Shown piece by piece: positions 44,912 to 64,000 of a stretch of 64,000 nt of DNA (position 1 is its first letter; every line of letters begins with the position of its first letter). The DNA comes from Macrostomum lignano (Eukaryota). Made by a program: the position numbers and the translations under genes. The notes beneath the pieces were generated by a model. It had not been told where the DNA came from and did no database searches. It worked only from the letters and a program-made list of their open reading frames with translations. The stretch lies in assembly GCA_002269645.1 (NCBI GenBank), contig NIVC01000004.1, positions 186,001-250,000 of the forward strand, given 5' to 3'.

Positions 44912-45208
44912 CGGATGGTCTGGTTACTGAAGACTGACTGTTTGACAGGACTGCACCTGAAACCATGTACATACCTGCTCGCATGATTGTTTTTTAAGTA
45001 CACTGACGCACCAAATTATCGACTTCCGCTCCGTATAAAAGTATTGACTGAATTTTGTGACCGGCAATGATTAGGCGATTAAAAATTAGAAGAATTTTTT
45101 TGCCTTAAGTTTATTTTATTAAATTTATTTAAAATTAATATTTATTGCAGAGTGGAGGAGGCAAGTGGGGACCGAAAATTGACAGATTTTTTAAGCACAT
45201 TAGCTGAT

Positions 45209-45209
<1 letters not shown>

Positions 45210-45252
<43 letters not shown>

Positions 45253-45290
45253 AAATTATTATTATTATTATTAGTAGTAGTAGTAGTAGC
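45210..45290. repeat. (TAG)n/(TAT)n trinucleotide microsatellite
   Basis: Direct reading; lies just beyond the stop of the secreted-protein gene. Confidence 0.9.
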
Positions 45291-45295
45291 AGTGC

Positions 45296-46234
45296 TCAGC
45301 GCAGAATCACGGCCAGTCTATCGGCCAGCTGGCCGCTCGAACTCCAGGCCACATCTGGCTGCGTGCTGTACAGCAGTTTCGGTGGGGAGGTCACCTCGCC
45401 GGCCCAGCTGCAGCTGTCGGTGGTCTCGAGAGCCAGCATGAGGCCGCGGTCATTCGGGCAGGTGTTGTACAGGTAGCTGATGAAGAAGCTGCGGTTATTA
45501 AAAGTATCTCCGGGAATGCCGAAGAAGTTGAAGGTGCGGCTGGCGAGGTCGGTGACGGGCCAGCTGGCCTTCAGCCGGTCCCGAGAGAACCAGTTGGTCC
45601 CGTTCAGCTCGTGAGGCGACACCGCGAGGTCGAAGGTGACCTTTACGACAACAGAGTCGGCGACGGAGAGCTGGACGACGGCCTCCTTGAAGGTGAGCTT
45701 CGGCGCCACTGCGGGCAGCTGGTCGATGGCGCTGGCGCGGAACAGGTCGGGCAGGAGGCTGGCGGAGTTGGGCGCGCCCCGGACGGCGGAGCCGTTGCTG
45801 CGGCTCGGCGAGTCAACCAGGTCGAACGACTTGACGCCGACGCCCGCTCGGATGCTCAGCGCGAGGAAGCCGCGCTCGGCGACGTCGCAGGACACGAGGC
45901 AGCGGCCCCCTGCCGAGACCGAGATGGGGCAGGCGGCGAAGTCGCCGCAGTCGGTCGAACGACGCTCGCAGACGTCGGAGGCGGCGTCCCACGTCACCGA
46001 CTCGCCCGCGGCGGCTCCCGTCGGCTGCGGCAGGTCCGGCCGGAAGCAGCCGCGGACGCCTCGGCTGCCGCTGGCGACTCGAACCAGCGGCTCGCAGGTC
46101 GAGGCGAACTGCGACTCCGTGAAGCAGCCGGGCTGTCCGGCGCCGGCGCCGGCGGCCAGCAACAGCCCCAGGAACGTCAGCAGAGGCGCCAACTTCAGGG
46201 GCGCGCTTACTCGGGTCGCGAGCTGAGCAGCCAT
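45296..46234 (-). CDS. Intronless secreted protein of unknown function, 312 aa
   Basis: N-terminal hydrophobic signal peptide (PLLTFLGLLLAAGAGAG), Cys-rich N-terminal half, GC3-rich codons and a globular aromatic-rich C-terminal ~110 aa. Confidence 0.75.
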   Translation of the reverse strand: MAAQLATRVSAPLKLAPLLTFLGLLLAAGAGAGQPGCFTESQFASTCEPLVRVASGSRGVRGCFRPDLPQPTGAAAGESVTWDAASDVCERRSTDCGDFAACPISVSAGGRCLVSCDVAERGFLALSIRAGVGVKSFDLVDSPSRSNGSAVRGAPNSASLLPDLFRASAIDQLPAVAPKLTFKEAVVQLSVADSVVVKVTFDLAVSPHELNGTNWFSRDRLKASWPVTDLASRTFNFFGIPGDTFNNRSFFISYLYNTCPNDRGLMLALETTDSCSWAGEVTSPPKLLYSTQPDVAWSSSGQLADRLAVILR

Positions 46235-46775
46235 TCAGTTTGCTTTGATAGACGAGAAGGCAGCGACTCCTACAGACAGATGCGAAGGGGGGAACCTGGG
46301 CAAGCTGAGGGTCTGGCCTGGGCTGATTAAAAAGCCTTTAGAATGTACTTCAGTATTCTGCTGCTTCAATGGGCAGCCTTAGCAACCATTGTTGTGGGGA
46401 TTCTGCAGCTCAACCAGGGTATTGGGACTTCTGGCCTCCACTCCAGCTCTGCAAGCTGCTAAAATGACTGCAAAGCTGTGAATAGCTGATGAAGAGATGC
46501 TTGTTGCGTGTGATGCAAGTCCCGGAGATCCGCAGAATGAAGCTGAGTTGGGTTGTTTGCATTGGCAAATAAAGGCACTACTTCACTACAGTCTTCGTTG
46601 TGGCAGCATTTATTTTTAGAAGCTTCTCCTTATGTCAAGACAAAACAGTCTGAATGCAAATCATTTTGTCACAAACTGAATTATGGCTCCTGAATTATGG
46701 AATGGCCAGCTGCAGGTGATTGACAGGTTGAAAGGCTTGGGTTTTATTAAGAGGGCTTATACGTGTATGTCTGCA

Positions 46776-47047
46776 GAGTGTCTGTGGGAGAGGATGCGGG
46801 AGTGTCTGTGGGAGAGGATGCGGAGTGTCTGTGGGAGAGGATGCGGAGTGTCTGTGGGAGAGGATGCGGAGTGTCTGTGGGAGAGGATGCGGAGTGTCCG
46901 TGGGTGAGGATGCGGAGTGTCTGTGGGTGAGGATGCGGAGTGTCTGTGGGAGAGGATGCGGAGTGTCTGTGGGAGAGGATGCGGAGTGTCTGTGGGAGAG
47001 GATGCGGAGTGTCCGTGGGTGAGGATGCGGAGTGTCTGTGGGTGAGG
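46776..47047. repeat. 23-bp minisatellite, second locus of the 44077-44570 family
   Basis: Unit GAGAGGATGCGGAGTGTCTGTGG. Confidence 0.92.
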
Positions 47048-47361
47048 GTATCCTAATACAGACGCACCTATTGTTACGTACTTCTTGAAGAGCAGAATTT
47101 TACTGTGACTAGGTCACACGTTGGAACTTCAAAATTAATTATTGAATTTTGCTCAAGATGCACACGAACCTGGGGTCCCGCCCGCTCGCTTGCACCAGCA
47201 TTTCGTGCTAATTTGGCAGCAAAAGCACTTACTGAAAATTATTAATAACATGAGTAACGAGCTGCGCTACTCATAGTAGCAAGTCTGAGGTTGGAAAGGG
47301 GCGTTTTTATTTTATGAGCCATGCTTCTGTTTTCGCTACTGACTTTTCTATTTCTATGACA

Positions 47362-48097
47362 CAACTCAGAGACACTGAGCACTCTCTGGAACCTCATGAC
47401 ACCACTCAGAGACACTGAGCACTCTCTGGAACCTCATGACACCACTCAGAGACACTGAGCACTCTCTGGAACCTCATGACACCACTCAGAGACACTGAGC
47501 ACTCTCTGGAACCTCATGACACCACTCAGAGACACTGAGCACTCTCTGGAACCTCATGACACCACTCAGAGACACTGAGCACTCTCTGGAACCTCATGAC
47601 ACCACTCAGAGACACTGAGCACTCTCTGGAACCTCATAACACCACTCAGAGACACTGAGCACTCTCTGGAACCTCATGACACCACTCAGAGACACTGAGC
47701 ACTCTCTGGAACCTCATGACACCACTCAGAGACACTGAGCACTCTCTGGAACCTCATGACACCACTCAGAGACACTGAGCACTCTCTGGAACCTCATGAC
47801 ACCACTCAGAGACACTGAGCACTCTCTGGAACCTCATGACACCACTCAGAGACACTGAGCACTCTCTGGAACCTCATAACACCACTCAGAGACACTGAGC
47901 ACTCTCTGGAACCTCATGACACCACTCAGAGACACTGAGCACTCTCTGGAACCTCATAACACCACTCAGAGACACTGAGCACTCTCTGGAACCTCATGAC
48001 ACCACTCAGAGACACTGAGCACTCTCTGGAACCTCATAACACCACTCAGAGACACTGAGCACTCTCTGGAACCTCATAACACCACTCAGAGACACTG
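47362..48097. repeat. 40-bp minisatellite, ~18 copies
   Basis: Unit ACCACTCAGAGACACTGAGCACTCTCTGGAACCTCATGAC, no spacers. Confidence 0.96.
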
Positions 48098-48411
48098 ATA
48101 AACTCTATCAGGCGACACTCCTGTCTGTTATGGACCCTAATCGCAGCCAATGTACATTGGAGAGCGAATTCCATGGGTGCATTGCGGGACAAGGCAAGTG
48201 AAGCGCTGCTCATTGGCTGCCCGAACGCGCCCAGCGGCAGCTGAAGCGGTTTAAATCGGCAGATCTCTTGGGCATTGGCTGGCTGTGGGTAGGCGGAACG
48301 GCTCGGAGAGCAAGCAGACTTAAGCACTGGCTGAACCGGCATGGCGCAGATGGCCAGTCGGATCGGCTCCCAGATGCGCAGGCGATGAATGGCTGCCGCA
48401 GGCCAGTTGCA

Positions 48412-59523
<11,112 letters not shown>

Positions 59524-59537
59524 CTGCACAAGTCAAA

Positions 59538-59690
59538 GATGGGTTGCGGAGATCCCAGCCGAGAAAACTATGGGTTGCGGAGATCCCAGCCGAGAAAACT
59601 ATGGGTTGCGGAGATCCCAGCCGAGAAAACTATGGGTTGCGGAGATCCCAGCCGAGAAAACTATGGGTTGCGGAGATCCCAGCTGAGAAA
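59538..59690. repeat. 31-bp minisatellite ~15 bp after the nAChR stop
   Basis: Unit TATGGGTTGCGGAGATCCCAGCCGAGAAAAC. Confidence 0.92.
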
Positions 59691-60349
59691 TCTATGGACT
59701 GCAGGGATCTTAGCAGGTAGCAGGATTTACCTTTCTAGATTAGCTCCTCGCGCATAGGAAAGCGAGTACTTTATACCGGCTGGCACAGTTTCACGCAGCT
59801 CAGTCGCACACCTCATTGCTCTCCTGACTGCATGCTTGCATGCAGAACTCTGTGCCGCTCTTAATTAGTTAATTACAGATGCACAAATACATAATGAATA
59901 TTTTGACAGTCGAGGAATAATCCAAAATAAATTTCACTTCTACCTACTAATAGTAACAGTACGCAGATTTGTGCACGCCGATTAAAAAGTCAACAAGGAC
60001 AAGAAATAAAATTTATTTTGTCAAACTCGAAAGAATCTCTCAGGTCAAGTCAGAGCGCCAACTTCATGCTGTCGCAATGCTCCACCGAGTGCTGCATAGG
60101 CAAAGCAGAATTGAAATGGAAAATTTATTTAAATAGAAAAAGAATCAAATAAAATCCGGTCAGTAAGCAAATGGAAATCAAATGCTTATACGATAAAAAT
60201 ACTGCACTGCAATGCGGTAACAACATTGGCAAATGCCTACAAAATTAACGGACTGCTTGATAGGAAATCAATTAAAATAGCTCTACGAGTAAAAGCAATT
60301 CAAAAAGATGACAGGTGTCTGACTTTTGTCATCTTCGAGTCAATGAGTC

Positions 60350-63300
60350 TCAGATGGCGCTGGGAGGCTGGGAGACCAGGCGGACCAGGCCCTCCTGGAA
60401 GACGGTGGCCACCAGGGCTCCGTCGCGGCGCCACATGTTGCCCTTGTTGGTGGTCCGGCCGCGCCCGCCGAACAGGCAGTGCGCCTCGTACAGCACGAAC
60501 TCGTGCGGCAGCAGCGGCTCGTGGAAATAAACCGAGTGATCCAGCGAGGTCACGAAGGCCGCCTGCAGGGACAGGTCGCTGACCAGGCCGCCGCGCAGGA
60601 TGCCCATGTCTGCCATGTAGGTCGTCAGCACGTGGCTCTGCCGCACCGCGGTCGGCGACATCGCAGGCGAGCTGCCAGAGGCTGCAGCGGTCCCGACAGA
60701 AGAGGCGTCGGCAGGCTCTGGCGGCGGCGCGTCCCGGGCCCGCAGCCACATGTGCACCTTGGGCTCGTCGGCCGGGCGGACGCGGTAGTAAACCAGCGGG
60801 TCGGTGGGCTGAATCTCCAGGCTGAGCCGGCTGTACATGTCCAGCTGCGACTGCGCGTTGCTGCGCAGCTCTGAGCTCAGCTCCTCGTTCCTGCGGGGAG
60901 GCCGCTCGCTTGACGACTAAACTGCACCTGGATGCGCGCTTGGGCCGCTGGTCCCCGACCCGGTGTGCTCAGCCATGAGTACAGTTGGGAGCCGCTAGTC
61001 CCCGACCCGGTGTGCTCAGCCATGAGTACAGTTGGGAGCCGCTGGTCCCCGACCCGGCATGCTAAGCCATGAGTACAGTTGGGAGCCGCTAGTCCCCGAC
61101 CCGGCATGCTAAGCCATGAGTACAGTTGGGAGCCGCTAGTCCCCGACCCGGTGTGCTCAGCCATGAGTACAGTTGGGAGCCGCTGGTCCCCGACCCGGTG
61201 TGCTCAGCCATGAGTACAGTTGGGAGCCGCTGGTCCCCGACCCGGCATGCTAAGCCATGAGTACAGTTGGGAGCCGCTGGTCCCCGACCCGGTGTGCTCA
61301 GCCATGAGTACAGTTGGCGGCCGGTAGTCCCCGACCCGGTGAGCTCAGCCAGAAAAGAAAAACTCCAAAAGGATAAATTCCAGTATTGGGAAACAAAGAA
61401 ATAAACAGTAAACGGGTAGCCTATTAAATATAACAAAATCGAAATTTGAGAATCGAAATAAATTAAAACAAATGATTTCTAAGAAACGAACTTGCGCAGA
61501 TGCGGCAACACAAACTGCCTGTAGAGGTCCGGTTCCGACTCTCGTTTATCAGCACTGGACGATTGGTCCAATGCTGGCAAGCTTTCGATTAATAAAGCAT
61601 AAATATTGGAATATTAGGCCTCGATTGCAGTTATCCTGGACTAGAAAGTTGGGCTAGGACTGTTTGGGTGAGAAATTCATACCTAGATTGTCTATGTTAG
61701 TGTGAGTTGCGCAAATTAGCGAATAATTCTCGCAACGTAATCAGATGCATAGCTTTAATAATAACACTATCTAAAAATGATATTTTGCCCTAAGAACCGC
61801 TGTTCGATGACACAGAATCTTTTTGCATGTAGAGAATATGAATAGTCTCAAAGGATTTTGGTAAAAAGCTGGTGTAAACTATACTTCTTATGCCTCGTCA
61901 GCTAATTAGTACTGGGCTATTGGAATTCCAGACACAAAACCCAGATCCGCAGGCAAAAAGATAAGCCAAAACTCACTTGGCCGCCGCGGTGAGGAAGCCA
62001 ATGACATCCAGCGACTCGGCTGGTGGCACCTTCGGCATGGGGTGGTTGATGTGCACAACGTCGCCCTCCGGCAGGGAGAACGAGGCGATCATGGTGAAGA
62101 TGGCGCGGTCATCCTGCACGCCTTCGATGCTGCGGCTACTGTAGGAGCGGCCGTCTCGGACTCGTCTGACCCGAAACTCGACGGGCTTCGTCTTGTCACC
62201 TGTGGCAGGGGGTGCGCGACCGTGATTGTAGGTAGCTAATTGAGGGTCTGAGAGGAGCTTCAGTCTTATTAATATAGGTGATCGATGCTCCCAACTGTCA
62301 CTGGGTCCCCTCCCAACTGTCACTGGGTCCCCTCCACACTGTCTGAATTAAGGTCAAGACAGAACTTTATTGTGGCATAAAAGCACGAAAAACATTACAG
62401 GCTACAAACCTGCCTTATATTGAAACTATTTGTTATCGATCGACTGACCCACCGCAACCCCCAACCCGCGCTAGCAAAGTACATGCAGCGAGAGAGAGAG
62501 AGAGAGAGAGAGACACCAAAACAACTTAACCTAGCCCCCGGCCCCGCTCCCGGCGCGCACGCAGGCCAAGCTACCACATCCTGCTTGCGACGCCATGGTC
62601 AAGTCGCGCCCAGTAAACGATGACAAGACCGCCCGTAGGCTTGGTTTGAGTCAAGTACAAAGTTGTATATTTGAGAAGAGCGAAATATTGCAAAGATTGT
62701 GAGATACGAGGTGGTAGGTGGCGAGACTTAAAACTCAGGATCGATCACTACTGAATATTATCATGTCAAGGGGGAGAGAGAGAAAGTACACAGAGCAGCG
62801 TACACCGGGGTAGGCCGGTTTAGCTAGTTAAGGCTGGTTGGCTAGTTAGAGTTACTCATTATTGAACTCAGGTGAGTCAGGTGCAGTGCAGTACATCAAA
62901 ACACGCCCGGAACCTCATCTCCCCCCTTCGAATCGCAACGGGGACACGCCTCGATTCGCTCGGAGGTTGTAGCTCGGTCTCTGAGCCGTAGTCGCCTTGT
63001 CAGTTCCGGCTATGCCCTCCGCTAAGCGGTCGTGGCCACCGGGCTCGGGGTTACTCGGGACTGAGCTCGCCGCCGGCTTGTTCTCCGCCTGCTCTGACGT
63101 GGCCGAGACCGGAGGTCCGTCGCTGCCGGGCGTCACCGTTGGTAGGTCGGCGGGCTCGCCGTTCAGGTCGGTTGTCGCAGTCGCGCCGCCTTCATTGTTG
63201 TCAGGCTCGTGTCGCCGAAGTTGGTCCAGGTGGGCGAGTGTGACCGTGACCCAAAGCTACCACGTTGGGAGGACTGGATCCCTCCCAACTGTCACAGGGC

Positions 63301-63665
63301 CGCCGCTATCCCTTCCCCACCCGCAGGGCTCCAGACACTCACCGGCAGCGATGAAGTAGCTATGGAGGCTGTGGCAGAACCTGTCCTGCGGCACGGTGCG
63401 ATAGGCGGCCGAGAGGCACTGGGCAGCCACCTGACCGCCAAAGATGGCCCGCTTCGTGCCCTGCCACATCTGCGAGTCGCTGGGGAAATAAAATTATGCT
63501 CAGCGGATAAAACTCGATCCCGAAAAAATGCGATTAGAAAATAATGCCTCCAGCTGCTTACCTGGGCAGCAGCACGGACCGGAATACGTCCTGGCCGAGC
63601 GGCTCCAGCTCGAACAGCAGTCGGGCCAGACTGGCGAAGTAAGAGACTCGAGACGCCGTAGACTC
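60350..63665 (-). CDS. ACOT8: Acyl-CoA thioesterase 8 (TesB family), 5'-partial, 4 exons visible
   Basis: Exons 63665-63562 (or 63580), 63479-63343, 62199-61977 and 60890-60350 join in frame. Motifs ELEPLGQDVFR, IFGGQVAAQCL, HSLHSYF, RVRDGRSYSSR, YMADM, SLDHSVYFH and QEGLVR. Confidence 0.9.
60942..61350. repeat. 47-bp intronic minisatellite
   Basis: Unit GCCGCTGGTCCCCGACCCGGTGTGCTCAGCCATGAGTACAGTTGGGA. Confidence 0.94.
62340..63280 (-). mobile_element. Truncated Gypsy-type LTR retrotransposon: 3' LTR (62340-62917), polypurine tract and end of pol
   Basis: Minus strand: HLDQLRR...RPSYNLRANRGVSPLRF (typical integrase C-terminal tail), then PPT GAAGGGGGGAGA abutting TG, a 578-bp TG...CA LTR and AATAAA near its 3' end. 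Confidence 0.75.
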
Positions 63666-63753
63666 CTGAAGATTAACAGGATTTGTTTTGATGGAGCAGT
63701 AAATTCTACTGTGCCTCTGATTGTTGCCCTACTAGATCATGCCCTAACCGTTT

Positions 63754-64000
63754 GAGGACACGGGGAAGAGCGGAGTGGGATTCAAGCAAGAGTGAAGTGG
63801 GACACAGGGAAGAGCGGAGTGGGTCAGGTGTGGGACACAGGGAAGAGCGGAGTGGGTCAGGTGTGGGACACTGGGAAGGGCGGAGTGGGACAGGTGTGGG
63901 ACACTGAGAAGGGCGGAGTGGGACAGGTGTGGGACACTGAGAAGGGCGGAGTGGGACAGGTGTGGGACACTGAGAAGGGCGGAGTGGGACAGGTCTGGGA
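63754..64000. repeat. 33-bp minisatellite running off the window end
   Basis: Unit GGGACACTGAGAAGGGCGGAGTGGGACAGGTGT. Confidence 0.9.

Noticed and set aside
47362-48097. CRISPR-like regular 40-bp repeats (also the 28-47-bp arrays elsewhere)
   Set aside because: Units are head-to-tail with no unique spacers, there are no cas genes, and the context is eukaryotic.

Overview
Eukaryotic (metazoan) genomic DNA: GT-AG introns, mostly GC3-rich exons and an extreme density of unrelated minisatellites. The overall style resembles the flatworm Macrostomum, but that is inference only. Host genes I could splice into continuous frames, in order: a divergent pair of TRIM-NHL-type genes, an NK2.2/vnd-like homeobox gene, a 12-exon periostin/TGFBI-like fasciclin gene, an intronless ankyrin-repeat TRPM-like channel with a His-Gly tract, tRNA-Leu(CAG), a coiled-coil gene, a secreted orphan, an nAChR alpha-type subunit and a 5'-partial acyl-CoA thioesterase 8. 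Mobile elements: a decayed Crypton/DUF3504-type tyrosine-recombinase element, a near-intact tyrosine-recombinase retrotransposon (DIRS order, direct-repeat type) and a Gypsy 3' LTR remnant. The strongest candidate for an undescribed system is the YR retrotransposon, which shows a retrovirus-like three-product expression layout. It would make Gag; Gag-RT/RNaseH through a -1 frameshift signal (A_AAA_AAC, 8-nt spacer, long stem-loop); and a SAP-coiled-coil-recombinase fusion through an in-frame splice (36053^38403). Its terminal repeats are also arranged atypically. Second is minisatellite biology: most long introns carry their own repeat family, one intron takes its donor site from a microsatellite, and one array is flanked by a perfect 10-bp target-site-like duplication. 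No CRISPR array is present. All gene models, motif calls and alignments were done by eye; no databases were searched.
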